A stretch of 64,000 nt of DNA from Dehalococcoidia bacterium (GTDB taxonomy: Bacteria; Chloroflexota; Dehalococcoidia; UBA6926), in contig OZ250138.1 in assembly GCA_965237465.1 (NCBI GenBank), positions 1,340,110 through 1,404,109 of the forward strand, read 5' to 3'. The stretch's first letter is position 1. Every line of letters starts with the position of its first letter. Both the position numbers and the translations under genes were made by a program. Positions 38,181 through 48,762 of this stretch are shown one piece after another. Below the pieces are notes generated by a model, which was given only the letters and a program-made list of their open reading frames with translations, did no database searches and was not told where the DNA came from.

Positions 38181-39142
38181 CTGGCCAGAGACTCGCCGCT
38201 TTTCGTAGTGAATGCGGGCGGCGTTTCTTGCCTGCAGCGGTCAAATGCGAATTGGCACCGCGGATGGAAGCTGCATCCCTGCGGCGGATCGGACAGATCG
38301 GGGGGCGCGCCCGGTATGAACTCAAGCGGGGCATCGGAACGCAGGCGCGGGATGGCCGCCAGAAGCCGCTGAGTGTAGGGGTGCGACGGAGAGAGGAGAA
38401 TGTCCTCCGACGGCCCGATCTCAACAAGGCGTCCCGCATACATGACGCCAATGGTATCCGCCAGATCGCTCGCCAACGCGATGTCATGCGTGATAAACAC
38501 GGATGCGATGTCCAGGTTCGCCTTGAGTCGCTTGAAGAGATTCATGATCTGCGCCTGAACTCCGACGTCAAGGGCGGACGTCGGCTCGTCCAGCAGAATC
38601 AGCGCCGGGTCAAGCGCCAGAGCCGATGCGACGGCGATGCGCTGCTTCATCCCTCCACTCAGCTCATGCGGGTAGCGGCTGAACGTCTCAGGCGGGAGAC
38701 GAACCATCTCCAACAGGCTGCGCGACTTCTCATCTGCCTCTGATCGTGAGTAGTCTCCGCGCGCCGTCAACGTCTCCCCAATCTGGCGTCCGACTCGGTA
38801 GACGGGATTCAGGGACTCCGTCGCGCCCTGGAAGACCATGGATATCTGTTTCCATCGCACGGATTCTCGAAAGGCATTGTCGGAGAGGCTCATGCACTCC
38901 TGGCCCTGGAGCAGGATTGAGCCTTCAAAGCGAGAGACATTGCGCGGGAGAAGTCGCAGGAGGGCGAGCGCAAGGCTAGTCTTCCCGGAGCCGGATTCCC
39001 CGACAATCGCCAGCGTCTGCCCCGCCTTCAGGTCAAAGGAGACTCCATCAACCGCCCGTACATCGTTGCGCTCCGCGGCATAGGACAGGTGCAGGTCCCG
39101 CACGGAAAGCAGCGGTTCGCCGTTGTCGGGGCGCTCGCTCAT
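38150..39142 (-). CDS. oligopeptide/dipeptide ABC transporter ATP-binding protein (DppD/OppD-like)
   Basis: Walker A GESGSGKTS, LSGGMKQRI, ILLDEPTSALD. Typical C-terminal HPYT...CxFxxRC tail. Confidence 0.85.
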   Translation of the reverse strand: MSERPDNGEPLLSVRDLHLSYAAERNDVRAVDGVSFDLKAGQTLAIVGESGSGKTSLALALLRLLPRNVSRFEGSILLQGQECMSLSDNAFRESVRWKQISMVFQGATESLNPVYRVGRQIGETLTARGDYSRSEADEKSRSLLEMVRLPPETFSRYPHELSGGMKQRIAVASALALDPALILLDEPTSALDVGVQAQIMNLFKRLKANLDIASVFITHDIALASDLADTIGVMYAGRLVEIGPSEDILLSPSHPYTQRLLAAIPRLRSDAPLEFIPGAPPDLSDPPQGCSFHPRCQFAFDRCRQETPPAFTTKSGESLARCWLLDEATS

Positions 39143-40572
39143 GTCGCTCGACTCCTTAGTCGTGGATTAAGCACGGGCTCCATCGCAAGCGCAAGCAGGA
39201 CGAATGTCATGGCCGTGATGACAATAAGGATGCCGGGCGGGAGTATCCACCACCAGTATCCAACGAATATGGCGCCCGTGCGGAAGCCCTGCTCAAGGAT
39301 TTGCCCCCACGTGGGCAGGGATGGATCGCCGAGGCCGAGAAAGCTCAGGCCCGCCTCCGCGAGGATGGCCGCCGGAGTGAAGAAAATCATCTGCGCCACG
39401 ATGAAGGGCGCCATCTGAAAGAGAACATGCCGAAACATGATGCGCCATCGAGAAGCCCCCAGCGCCTGCGTCGCTTCAACAAGCTGGCCCGATCGCACTT
39501 GTAGGACCATCGATCTGAGGATGATCGTCAGACCCGGCCAACCGAATATCACGAGTATCGTCATTACAAGCCACAGTTTTTGGCCCAGCACAAAGATCAG
39601 GAAGATCAGGATGGGCAGCAGGGGGATGTTGGTCATCACATCGGACAGGCGTTGGATGATTGTATCCGTCTTGCCGCCGGAGAATCCGCTAAGGATGCCG
39701 AAGAAGGTTCCGAGTATGGTTGCCGCCACGCTGGTGATGACGCCGATTAGCAGCGCCACAGGAAAACCGAATAGCAGACCGGTCGCGAGATTGCGCCCTT
39801 GCGTATCAGTCCCCATTAGGCCAAAGACGCCGCCCGCCGCCACAAACCGGACGCTCTCAACGCTGTCCCGCGGATCATACGTCACGATGCGAATTGTCGC
39901 GGTGTAGTCGCCTCGAAGCGGCGTGAATCCATCCTCGACATCCGGCGAGGGCGAACCGAACAGCACGCTCTGCAATTGTCCCTGCAGTTCCGATGCCGAG
40001 AGGCGAACGCCAAACTCCCGCATCAGGAATTCCGAGGCAGCCGTGATGGCGTTCTGATCGCCGGAGAGAAATATCCGATGCGGATCTTCAGCAAAGCGCG
40101 TGACTGGCAGCGTCTCGTCCGGCCTGCGGCCCCGCAGGCTCTCCTGCAGCACGGTTGCCGCCCGCCCATCCGGCCGCGTCAACGTCATAGACAGCACGGG
40201 AGGACGATCATGGAACGTCACGGCGCCGACGGAGACGGAGAGGAAGGTTGGCGGCTCTTCCGCCTGGTAGTCGAATGGGAACGAGTAGATGTGGGTCTGC
40301 GCGGCGGCTGAATCGATGACCTGTGAGGGTTCGTCCGCGTCAAAGACCCGATGCCGCGGCGCCTCATCGCTGAACAGCGCTGTCCATGCCGGCGGCACGG
40401 CCTTGGGGTTGTCTGCCCACGCAATTGGGTTGTTCCAGAACCGCAGGCCAAAGTCCAGGGGGTAGAAAAAGGGCACTGCTACGGAGACCAGCACGAGGAC
40501 AACGAGCATTCCTGCGCCGAGTCGACCGGATCCGGACCGGAGGACAACGCGCAACGCCTCCCCCGGCCTCAT
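39139..40572 (-). CDS. ABC transporter permease (DppC/OppC-like) with long N-terminal periplasmic extension
   Basis: 477 aa. C-terminal half has the BPD-transport permease signature region. Overlaps its neighbours by 4 nt at each end. Confidence 0.8.
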   Translation of the reverse strand: MRPGEALRVVLRSGSGRLGAGMLVVLVLVSVAVPFFYPLDFGLRFWNNPIAWADNPKAVPPAWTALFSDEAPRHRVFDADEPSQVIDSAAAQTHIYSFPFDYQAEEPPTFLSVSVGAVTFHDRPPVLSMTLTRPDGRAATVLQESLRGRRPDETLPVTRFAEDPHRIFLSGDQNAITAASEFLMREFGVRLSASELQGQLQSVLFGSPSPDVEDGFTPLRGDYTATIRIVTYDPRDSVESVRFVAAGGVFGLMGTDTQGRNLATGLLFGFPVALLIGVITSVAATILGTFFGILSGFSGGKTDTIIQRLSDVMTNIPLLPILIFLIFVLGQKLWLVMTILVIFGWPGLTIILRSMVLQVRSGQLVEATQALGASRWRIMFRHVLFQMAPFIVAQMIFFTPAAILAEAGLSFLGLGDPSLPTWGQILEQGFRTGAIFVGYWWWILPPGILIVITAMTFVLLALAMEPVLNPRLRSRAT

Positions 40573-41657
40573 TGCGCCGTGTACCTCACGCGCGGATCAA
40601 GGACGACATACAGCACCTCAAGGACAAACCGCGCCACGATGTACATCAGCGTGAACAGGAAGGTCAGCGCGACAATGACGGCTTCGTCAGCCGTCGTGAT
40701 GGCGTCGAAATAGAGGCGGCCCATTCCCGGCCAGTTGAAGACCGTCTCCGTCAGTATTGCGCCGCCGATGGAGCCAGTGAGAGCGAGGATGATATTCGTT
40801 GCAATGGGCGGGGCGGCCACTCTGAGGATGTGTCGTCGCATGACCTGGCCCTCCGGCAACCCCCTCGCCCGCGCCGCCGTGACGTGAAACTCCTGCGCCG
40901 TGTTGAGAAGCATGGTTCGAACCACATACGTCCATGCGCCAACCGACACAACGACGAGCGTCAGGATGGGCAGCGCGGCATGCCACAAAAGGTCCATGAA
41001 TCGCAGCAAGCCACCTTCTGCGGGAGGAGAGCTGTAGAGCCCGCCGGACGGAAATATATGAAGCTGGAATGACAGGACGAGGATGAGCAGAATCCCAGCC
41101 CACCACGCCGGAAGCGCATTGGATGCGGCGGCCAGATAGGAGGCGAACTTGTCGCCGGCCGTTCCGACGCGCGTGGCCAGTTTGGCGCCAACCCAGAGCC
41201 CGATAACGGCCGTGATCACAAGCGAGGTCGTAACGAGCATGATCGAATAGGGAACGCGCTCCAGAACAATGTCGATGACGCGCGACGACCCGTCAAAGCT
41301 GCGGAGGTTGCGGGCAGAGCCAAGATCAAGCGTCAGCACCCGACCAACCATCCCCGGCAGCCGCGTATACCAGGGCCGATCCAGGCCGTAGAACTCCTCC
41401 AGCTCCGCGCGCCGCTCTGTCAGCGTCTCCTCAAGCCGCGCCGGGTCCTTGATGGTTTCCGCCAGAGCCTGACGCGTTCCCCGCATCTCCTCGGAGACGA
41501 TGGCCGTGAGCATGCGGTCAGAAAAGCCCGTCGCGCCGAGGGTGACGACAACTAGGAGCAGTACAACAAGCAGCACCCCAAATAGGCTGAGGGCGCGCAA
41601 TCCTAATGTGTAAGCTAAGGCCATAAGAATCGGAGGGATTCCGTGTCCCCCCAGCAT
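40569..41657 (-). CDS. ABC transporter permease (DppB/OppB-like)
   Basis: 362 aa, 6 TM helices, first gene of the minus-strand transporter operon. Confidence 0.8.
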   Translation of the reverse strand: MLGGHGIPPILMALAYTLGLRALSLFGVLLVVLLLVVVTLGATGFSDRMLTAIVSEEMRGTRQALAETIKDPARLEETLTERRAELEEFYGLDRPWYTRLPGMVGRVLTLDLGSARNLRSFDGSSRVIDIVLERVPYSIMLVTTSLVITAVIGLWVGAKLATRVGTAGDKFASYLAAASNALPAWWAGILLILVLSFQLHIFPSGGLYSSPPAEGGLLRFMDLLWHAALPILTLVVVSVGAWTYVVRTMLLNTAQEFHVTAARARGLPEGQVMRRHILRVAAPPIATNIILALTGSIGGAILTETVFNWPGMGRLYFDAITTADEAVIVALTFLFTLMYIVARFVLEVLYVVLDPRVRYTAQ

Positions 41658-42163
41658 ACGCCAGCGGACGAAGGATCACGGGACGCCCGTAGGCGCCGGG
41701 CCACCATCGCGAGGCGCCCGGCGCGGCTTTTCGCTCATCCACCTTGCCATTCCCGCAAATGCACGGCTCATTCGTCGCAGGGCGACGCCATGTCGGTTGA
41801 TGCGCCCAAACTAGTTGACAGGCGTTATTAGCCGGAAAATAGGCGCTCTCCGAAAACCGCTGCCGGCATATCGTATTAAAGGAAGAGAAACGCTGCATGT
41901 GCAGCTGATTACCCCAAAGAGGTGTATGATATATGACATAACATGCCCTTATGCGGGCTCCGTCAAGATATGAAGCCTCTGGGCCGCCAGGCGACGGCGT
42001 GCGCGCGCATGAATGGCCAGCCCACGTGGTTTCCCGCCAGCAATTGCGAGCGGGCCTTGTGGAGAGGATTGATTCGGCGTCGGCGTTATGGTAGGTTTTT
42101 GTCGCGGGTTCTCATGATCCGCATCGTTTCGTTGGATGGGAATTGAGTGATAGGAGGTCCACG

Positions 42164-42466
42164 ATGGCGCAGACAGTTCGCAAGAGCGATCTTTCCGGCA
42201 TCGTCGCGCAACGCATGGGCGGGACACGCTCCTCGGGCGAGACCGCGCTTAATGCGGTGACGTCGGCGATTCAGGAATCCCTGGCCCGCGGCGATCGCGT
42301 TGTGATCACTGGATTCGGCAGCTTTGAGATCCGCAAGATCAAAGAACGGACGGTGCGCCCGCTGTGGGGCCCGCAAGCCGGCCAGCCCACCGTCGTCAAA
42401 GCCCATGATCGAGTCGGGTTCTCCCCCGGCACGGAGCTCTCGACAGCCGTCAAAGGCGGGAGCTAG
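42164..42466 (+). CDS. HU/IHF family DNA-binding protein
   Basis: Start at ATG 42164 with AGGAGG 6 nt upstream (track ORF starts 21 nt earlier). MAQTVRKSDLSGIVAQRMG...GFGSFEIRKIKERTVRP...GQPTVVKAHDRVGFSPG matches the HU fold with the beta-arm GRNPxTG-like segment. Confidence 0.8.
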   Translation: MAQTVRKSDLSGIVAQRMGGTRSSGETALNAVTSAIQESLARGDRVVITGFGSFEIRKIKERTVRPLWGPQAGQPTVVKAHDRVGFSPGTELSTAVKGGS

Positions 42467-42633
42467 TAAACTGCTCGGCAGCCTGTGGCGCAGGGCGACG
42501 ACTCTGCGCCACAGGTATTTCTTGACACTGGGCGCAGTCCGCGCCCCATGAAGATCCGGGCTTTCGCCTGAATGGCGACGTTAGCCCAGGGAAATCCCGC
42601 TGACAGGTTGCCGGCCTGATGCCGGCAAGTTAG

Positions 42634-43110
42634 CTACTCGCGCCTGATAGCAGGCAGCAGGCGGGCCATTTCTATGGCGGCCACGGCTGCATCATAGCCG
42701 CGGTTGCTGTGAGGGGCGCCGGAGCGCGCCAGCGCCTGGTTCATCGTGTCCGTCGTCAGGACGCCGAAGAGGCAGGGGACGCCCGTGTCCAGCGCCACAC
42801 GGTTGACGCCCTGCGTCACGGCCATGGAGACGTAGTCGAAGTGGGACGTCTCGCCCCGGACGACGGCGCCAATACAAACGATGGCGTCGTAGCGGCCTGA
42901 GCTCGCCATCGCCATCGCGGCGGAGGCAATCTCAAACGAGCCCGGCACGTGGGCAACGTCAACCATATCGTCGGCGACGCCGTGCTCCCGCAGGGCGATC
43001 AGCGCGCCGTCAGCCAGACGGTCGGTTATCAGCTCATTGAATCGCGCAATGATGACGCCGATCCGCAGTCCGGCGCCAGCGTGGGAGGCCTCTATCTGAT
43101 TCGGGGCCAT
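42634..43110 (-). CDS. ribH: 6,7-dimethyl-8-ribityllumazine synthase
   Basis: 158 aa. LRIGVIIARFNELITDRL...GVADDMVDVAHVPGSFEIASAA...AIVCIGAVVRGETSHFDYV. Confidence 0.9.
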   Translation of the reverse strand: MAPNQIEASHAGAGLRIGVIIARFNELITDRLADGALIALREHGVADDMVDVAHVPGSFEIASAAMAMASSGRYDAIVCIGAVVRGETSHFDYVSMAVTQGVNRVALDTGVPCLFGVLTTDTMNQALARSGAPHSNRGYDAAVAAIEMARLLPAIRRE

Positions 43111-43149
43111 GGTTATAGCGAGCTTAGGCGCGAGCGTGGTTGAGCGTAT

Positions 43150-44400
43150 TCAGGATTCATCCGGGGGCGCGACTTGCTCGCGTGGGGAAGCGATGCCGGC
43201 CATGCCGGGCAGGATGTGGCCCATCTTGTCGCGCTTCGTTTCCAGGTAGCGCCGATTGAACGAGTTTGGCGGGATCTCAATCGGCACGCGCTCAACTAGC
43301 TCCAGGCCGAATGCGTCAAGACCGACGATCTTGCGCGGGTTGTTCGTCATGAGCTTGAGCTTGCGCACCCCGAGATCGACGAGGATTTGCGCGCCGATTC
43401 CATAGTCGCGCAGGTCCGGCTGGAAGCCGATGCGGACGTTGGCTTCCACCGTGTCCAGGCCGGAGTCTTGAAGGGCATAGGCGCGCAGCTTGTTGTGGAG
43501 GCCGACGCCCCGGCCTTCTTGTCGCATATACAAAAAGACGCCGCTGCCCGCCGCGGCGATCTGTTGCAGGGCCAGATCAACCTGCTCCCCGCAGTCGCAG
43601 CGCATTGACCCGAACACGTCGCCGGTCACGCATTCGCTATGGACGCGGGTCAGCACAGGCTCGTCGGCGCTGATATCGCCCATCACCAGCGCAACGTGCT
43701 CCTTTGCGTCGGTGACGCTCGCATAACCGTAGGCGCGAAAAATGCCGTGTTGGGTGGGAAGATCAGCAACGCCGCGCCTTTCCACCAGAAATTCTCGCTG
43801 CCTGCGGTACTCAATAATCTGAGCGATGCTGACGATGGGGATATTCCATTGCTCGGAGAGTATCTCCAGGTCCGGCATCCTCGCCATTGTCCCGTCATCA
43901 TTCATGATTTCGCAGATAACGCCCGCAGGGTGGAGTCCGGCTGCCCGCACGAGATCAATCACCGCTTCCGTATGACCGGTTCGGACCAACACGCCGCCAT
44001 CGCGGTATCGAAGCGGGAAGATGTGGCCGGGTCGGGCCAGATCGTCAGGCTTTGTGTCCGGGTGTGCAAGGGCTTTCACGGTGTTGGCGCGATCGGCGGC
44101 GGAGATGCCGGTGGTGACACCGACCTTGGCGTCGACGGTCTCGGTGAATGCCGTTGCGAACTGAGTCGTATTGTCATTGACCATCAGCGGCAGGTTAAGT
44201 TCATCAAGACGGTCGCCGAGCATCGGCACGCAAATCAGCCCGCGGGCATTCTTCGCCATGAAATTGATCTTCTCAGGCGTCACGACATCCGCGGCCATGC
44301 AGAGATCGCCCTCGTTCTCACGCTCCGCGTCGTCGACAATAATGACGAACTCGCCGCGCCGGAGCTCGTTGGCTGCCTGCTCTACGCTTACGATGCTCAT
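43150..44400 (-). CDS. ribBA: bifunctional 3,4-dihydroxy-2-butanone-4-phosphate synthase / GTP cyclohydrolase II
   Basis: 416 aa. N-terminal DHBP synthase ([15 protein letters not shown]), C-terminal GTP cyclohydrolase II (CDCGEQ zinc motif). Confidence 0.9.
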   Translation of the reverse strand: MSIVSVEQAANELRRGEFVIIVDDAERENEGDLCMAADVVTPEKINFMAKNARGLICVPMLGDRLDELNLPLMVNDNTTQFATAFTETVDAKVGVTTGISAADRANTVKALAHPDTKPDDLARPGHIFPLRYRDGGVLVRTGHTEAVIDLVRAAGLHPAGVICEIMNDDGTMARMPDLEILSEQWNIPIVSIAQIIEYRRQREFLVERRGVADLPTQHGIFRAYGYASVTDAKEHVALVMGDISADEPVLTRVHSECVTGDVFGSMRCDCGEQVDLALQQIAAAGSGVFLYMRQEGRGVGLHNKLRAYALQDSGLDTVEANVRIGFQPDLRDYGIGAQILVDLGVRKLKLMTNNPRKIVGLDAFGLELVERVPIEIPPNSFNRRYLETKRDKMGHILPGMAGIASPREQVAPPDES

Positions 44401-45014
44401 CCTGTAGCCTTCCCGGTCAGAGCCGACATTCCTTCTCGTTCGCCGTGCAACAGCCGTTCCGTGTATTTCGCCAGTATGTCCGTCTCAAGATTGACCGGCA
44501 TTCCCACGTAGGCATCGCCAAGGTCAGTGTGCTCATATGTATGGCGCACCAGGGAAACGTTGAATGAATCCTCATCCAACGCCATCACTGTGAGGCTGAT
44601 GCCGTTGACGGCGATGAAAGCCTTTTCCACCAGATAACGCATCACCTCAGGCGGGGCGGAAATACGCACAACGCGCGCGTCCCCTTCCGGCGTGATCTCC
44701 GTGACAGTTCCGGTGCCGTCCACATGCCCCTGGACAAGGTGCCCGCCCAGGCGGGTGTTCATCGTGACGGCGCGCTCAAGGTTCACGGCGCCGCCCGCGC
44801 CCAGCGATTCCAACGCGGTTCGCCGCATGGTCTCCGGCATCATGTCAAAAGAGAATCGGCCATCGCGCATCTCCGTCACCGTGAGGCATGCGCCATTCAC
44901 AGAAAGGCTATCGCCGATCTGGGTATCGGCCAGGGTGATGTCCGCCTCTACGATCAGGACTCCCTCGCCGATCACCGAGACCCGCCCAACCTCCTCCACA
45001 ATTCCTGTGAACAT
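44397..45014 (-). CDS. ribE: riboflavin synthase (alpha subunit)
   Basis: Start at ATG 45012-45014 ([10 protein letters not shown]...) rather than the caller's extended start. Internal lumazine-binding repeats. Confidence 0.85.
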   Translation of the reverse strand: MFTGIVEEVGRVSVIGEGVLIVEADITLADTQIGDSLSVNGACLTVTEMRDGRFSFDMMPETMRRTALESLGAGGAVNLERAVTMNTRLGGHLVQGHVDGTGTVTEITPEGDARVVRISAPPEVMRYLVEKAFIAVNGISLTVMALDEDSFNVSLVRHTYEHTDLGDAYVGMPVNLETDILAKYTERLLHGEREGMSALTGKATG

Positions 45015-45112
45015 CGGCGCCGCTCCGCTGATTGATCGTTGATTGCGTCTGCACACGCCGGCCGCCGACGGATGGCCGCGGCCAGTGAACCTGCATTATA
45101 CGCCGCCCGACT

Positions 45113-46246
45113 CTACTCCGTTTCTCCGTCCCACCTGCGAAGGACGCCGTGCGCCACGATGTCCGCGCCGATGCGCTCAATGGACATGGTCTGGAAGCGT
45201 CGCGCGTCGCCAACGTCGGCGACTCCGGAGCCGCCGACGGGCCCGCGGGCGTCTCGTCCGCCGATTACCAGCGGCGCAATGTAGATTTCCGCCTGATCAA
45301 CGAGACCTTCGTCAAAGAATGCGCCCAGCAGGGCCTCGCCCGCCTCCGTCATAACTTGAAGAGCGCCCTCTTGCCCTAGGTGGCGGAGGAGAGCGGGCAG
45401 ATCGACGCGACCCTCTTCGCCGGGGAATGCGACGGTGGATACATTTTCGCCAATCTCCCTGAATGGGCGACATGCGTCATCTGAGGCCGTCGCGACGAGA
45501 ACGCGTCCCGGCTCATGGAATACGCGGGCATTCGTTGGCGCCCGTCCGTGGCTATCCGCGATCACCCGCAATGGCTGACGATCCAGCGGACGACCGTCGC
45601 CGTCGCGCGCGGTGAGCTGCGGGTCATCCTGGCTGAGCGTCCCGGCGCCGGTGATGATGGCGTCAACAGTGGAGCGCAGCTCATGGACGCGGGCTCGCGC
45701 ATCCTCTCCGGTGATCCATTGAGAACTGCCCGTGTAAGTTGCGATCTTGCCGTCGAGGCTCATCGCATACTTTGCGATGACGAGGGGCATCCCTGTCGCA
45801 ATGCGCTTGAAATAGCCTTGGAAATGCAGCCGCGCCTCGTCCGCGCACTGGCCGACGCGCGTAGTGATGCCGCTCTCCTCCAACGCGCGCCGCCCTGTGC
45901 CGTTGACCAGGGGATGCGAATCCAGCACGGCGAACTCAACGGCGTCCAGCCCGGCCTCGATCATGGCTTCCACGCACGGCGGCGTCCGACCATGGTGAGA
46001 GCACGGCTCCAGCGTGGTGTACATCGTGGCGCCCTGAGCCAGGTCTCCGGCTTGCTCAAGAGCGACAATTTCCGCGTGCCGGCCTCCGTGCTCCTGCGTG
46101 AAGCCTTCGCCGACGATCTCGCCATCACGCACGATGACGGCCCCGACGGCGGGATTCGGGCTGGAGAGGCCGAGGGCTCGCCTGCCAAGCTCAAGCGCCC
46201 GCTCCATGGGTGACGCATCCATGGTCGAGTGCTGTTCGACGCTCAC
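45113..46246 (-). CDS. ribD: bifunctional diaminohydroxyphosphoribosylaminopyrimidine deaminase / 5-amino-6-(5-phosphoribosylamino)uracil reductase
   Basis: Deaminase zinc motifs HAEIVAL and PCSHHGRTPPC, C-terminal reductase domain. GTG start overlaps the dcd stop (GTGA). ATG 46222 is an alternative. Confidence 0.85.
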   Translation of the reverse strand: MSVEQHSTMDASPMERALELGRRALGLSSPNPAVGAVIVRDGEIVGEGFTQEHGGRHAEIVALEQAGDLAQGATMYTTLEPCSHHGRTPPCVEAMIEAGLDAVEFAVLDSHPLVNGTGRRALEESGITTRVGQCADEARLHFQGYFKRIATGMPLVIAKYAMSLDGKIATYTGSSQWITGEDARARVHELRSTVDAIITGAGTLSQDDPQLTARDGDGRPLDRQPLRVIADSHGRAPTNARVFHEPGRVLVATASDDACRPFREIGENVSTVAFPGEEGRVDLPALLRHLGQEGALQVMTEAGEALLGAFFDEGLVDQAEIYIAPLVIGGRDARGPVGGSGVADVGDARRFQTMSIERIGADIVAHGVLRRWDGETE

Positions 46247-46842
46247 TCGTTGGTCCGGAAGTCGCGGTATGCACGGCTCGGCGTCGGTTCTGCCTGTCCC
46301 TGATATTTGCTGCCGAGTTGGGCCGAGCCGTACGGTCGTTCAGCCGGTCCGGTCAGTTGAGAGAACGAGACCTGGCCGATGGGCATCCCGCTATACAGGG
46401 TAATGGGCAGGTTGTTGACGTTGCTGAGCTCAAGCGTCAGGCGGCCGCGCCAGCCTGGGTCAACGTAGCCGGCGGTGGAATGGATGAGCAGGCCGATGCG
46501 CCCGAGGGAGCTCTTGCCCTCCAGCCGCGCCACAAGATCATCAGGCAAGCCGATCTCCTCTATGGTGCTGCCCAGGACAAACTCGCCGGGATGAAGCACA
46601 AACGGGGCGTCGTCCCGAATGTCCACCATCTCAGTGAGGTCGCTCACATCCTCACGGATGTCGATAAACGGTCGTCTTGAGTTCCGAAAGACAAGTATCT
46701 TGCCGCTCAGGTGGACATCGACGCTCGCAGGCTGGATATCCTCCTGTTTAAGAGGGTCGATTATCACCCGGCCGCGCTCGATCTCAGCGCGAATATCACG
46801 ATCATTGAGGACCAAGAAAGGCCCCTTCCCCCAGTGTGGCAA
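46243..46842 (-). CDS. dcd: dCTP deaminase
   Basis: 199 aa. LNDRDIRAEIERGRVIIDP...GYVDPGWRGRLTLELSN. A TTG nine codons downstream would give the canonical M(I)LSDRDI-type N-terminus. Confidence 0.85.
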   Translation of the reverse strand: MPHWGKGPFLVLNDRDIRAEIERGRVIIDPLKQEDIQPASVDVHLSGKILVFRNSRRPFIDIREDVSDLTEMVDIRDDAPFVLHPGEFVLGSTIEEIGLPDDLVARLEGKSSLGRIGLLIHSTAGYVDPGWRGRLTLELSNVNNLPITLYSGMPIGQVSFSQLTGPAERPYGSAQLGSKYQGQAEPTPSRAYRDFRTNE

Positions 46843-46920
46843 CGCTGTCGCTACTATAGCGCACCGCCGCCTATGGGGAGAATCCCCGACCGGCGGCGGC
46901 AGTCAGACAACGTCCTCTGT

Positions 46921-47679
46921 TCAGTTGATTCCGTAACCGACGCGCACGTAGATTATGACGTCCTGCTCACCGACCTGAATGGGAGTCGCCGCGAAGTCAA
47001 CCGAAGCGGCCGTTGAACGCATAAGTTCAGCAGACTCGTTGAAGATGGGCGCGGCGCCCGACTCGACAATTGAGAACGGCTCGCCAAGTTCAAGGCCGGC
47101 AGCCTCGGCGAGCTGCGATGCCTGCTCCAGCGCGGCGGACATTGCCAGGACTCTGGCCTCTCGTTCGGCGTTGGCGGGGTCCTCAACCTGAAACGACAGG
47201 TTGTGAATACGGGCGGCGTCTCCGCCGGCCGTCACTGCGGAGTCGATGACACCGCCGATGGAGTCCAGATCCCGCACTTCCACCGTTACGATGTTGGACA
47301 CCGCGAATCCAGTCATCTCGCTTCTGCGGAGCAAATCGTTCCACTCGCTACGGGTGGAGACGCTGAAATGACGCGTCTGGATGTCTTCCTCCGGGACCCC
47401 GGCTGCGAGAAGGCTATCAATGACCGCCTGCATTGACCGGGCGCCGCCTGCAAGCGCGTCGCTGACTGTGTCGGCCTCAAACTCGACGCCAAGAGACAAG
47501 ACGGCGAGGTCAGGCGTAGCGGCCATGCTGCCCGCGCCTGTCACCCAAATGCCCTGCGAGGAGTCCGAGTCAGGCGTCTCAGAAATGCACGCCACGGCGC
47601 CCGTCAGGATCAGGGCAATCAGTCCGATCGCTCCGGCCATCCCCCAACGCAGTCCGCCAATCCGTCCTGTGTTCAACAC
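46921..47679 (-). CDS. SIMPL (DUF541) domain lipoprotein
   Basis: Signal peptide with Cys (AIGLIALILTGAVAC). Body matches the SIMPL/26-kDa periplasmic immunogenic protein family. Confidence 0.65.
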   Translation of the reverse strand: MLNTGRIGGLRWGMAGAIGLIALILTGAVACISETPDSDSSQGIWVTGAGSMAATPDLAVLSLGVEFEADTVSDALAGGARSMQAVIDSLLAAGVPEEDIQTRHFSVSTRSEWNDLLRRSEMTGFAVSNIVTVEVRDLDSIGGVIDSAVTAGGDAARIHNLSFQVEDPANAEREARVLAMSAALEQASQLAEAAGLELGEPFSIVESGAAPIFNESAELMRSTAASVDFAATPIQVGEQDVIIYVRVGYGIN

Positions 47680-47853
47680 ACGCCGCTCCTCTTCCCCGTA
47701 GGGATCTCCGCCTTCTGGTTCACTGATGTCAACCCGCGGCTGTCTTGTCGTTCCGCTCTATTATCTCTGTCCATTCCCTAAACGCGCGGCGGCGCAACAA
47801 GATAGCTCACACCCAGAGGCGCGAGCCCGATTGCCAGTCAATATCTCCCCATT

Positions 47854-47879
47854 CGTCATTCCGGCGAAAGCCGGAATCC
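47854..47879 (+). repeat. REP-like palindromic element copy (cgtcATTCCGGCgaaaGCCGGAATcc, consensus form)
   Basis: Perfect 8-bp stem and GAAA loop. Translating it gives the VIPAKAGI artefact at the 5' end of track ORF 47726..48484. Confidence 0.75.
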
Positions 47880-47941
47880 GGGCGACCCGCCGACGACGCT
47901 ACGGATGGTCACGCGCAGACGTGTCCCGTACGCTCTCACAC

Positions 47942-48484
47942 ATGACGGCGGAAGAATTCATCATCGCGTCCGTGCGCATTGCGGGCGCCCTGCTTGTTCT
48001 CCGATGGGCGTTTGCCGGCTCCCTCGCCGCCATCCTGATTGACTTCTCCGACCTGTTCATGATGAACCTCCTGGATATGGGAGGCGTGCGAAACTATCAG
48101 GCGCTCGACAAATGGCTCGACCTCGCCTACATGCTGACGTTCCTCTGGGTCGCCCTCCGGTGGAGCGGCCCGCCCCGGAACATCGCGGCAGCACTGTTTG
48201 CATTTCGCATCATCGGCGTCATTGCCTTTGAAGCGATAGGCAACCGATGGGTGCTGCTGCTGTTTCCAAATGTCTTCGAGTTCTGGTTCGTCTTCGTGGC
48301 GGGCGCGCGCCTATTCGCGCCGGAGTATGAACTGACCTGGCGCCGATCTCTGGTCTGGCTGATCCCGCTGACAGCGCTCAAAGAGGCGCAAGAGTACGTG
48401 CTTCACGGCGGTCGTTGGCTTGATAACTACCGCGCCGTGGACGTCGTAGCCGATGCCTGGCGATGGTTGCGGGGAGCGGGATAG
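47942..48484 (+). CDS. hypothetical integral membrane protein
   Basis: Start moved to ATG 47942 (MTAEEFIIASVRIAGALLVL...), downstream of the REP copy. 4-5 predicted TM helices. Confidence 0.55.
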   Translation: MTAEEFIIASVRIAGALLVLRWAFAGSLAAILIDFSDLFMMNLLDMGGVRNYQALDKWLDLAYMLTFLWVALRWSGPPRNIAAALFAFRIIGVIAFEAIGNRWVLLLFPNVFEFWFVFVAGARLFAPEYELTWRRSLVWLIPLTALKEAQEYVLHGGRWLDNYRAVDVVADAWRWLRGAG

Positions 48485-48762
48485 CAGAGGGGCCGCAAAC
48501 CTAGCCCACGTAGGGCGTGAGGACCCGCGGGTGAGGCAGGGGCCTACAATGCCATCATAGGCGTCGATCCCGGTCCTGTGGACAGGCAGCGCAATAGGCG
48601 GCACGCAGAAGGAGCGGCAGAAGGACACCCGAAGAGGACAGTACGCGAACGAATGAAGGCGTCTTCGACGAGTTCGTTGAGCATATTCTGACTCGGTCGG
48701 GTATTTCGGTCATTGGGGAACCGATTGAGCATCTACTGGAGACTATCGAATCCGGCGAGGCT

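Noticed and set aside
41813-41845. TTGACA hexamer and AT-richer stretch (41870-41960, incl. TATGATATAT) as promoters for the divergent dpp operon / HU gene
   Set aside because: No -10/-35 pair with proper 16-18-nt spacing could be aligned with confidence by eye. Left as an observation only.
46868-46905. FMN-riboswitch-like string AATCCCCGACCGGCGGCGGCAG near the rib operon
   Set aside because: Only the CCGACCGGCGG core matches. The rest of the RFN element (e.g. the ...CCGACAGUGAAAGUCUGGAUGGGAGA half) is absent. The match is on the + strand inside the 3' end of the SIMPL gene, whereas the rib genes are transcribed on the minus strand.
47726-47941. N-terminal 72-codon extension of the membrane-protein ORF
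   Set aside because: The extension runs through the REP-like palindrome at 47854-47879 (the VIPAKAGI translation artefact). The true start is most likely ATG 47942.
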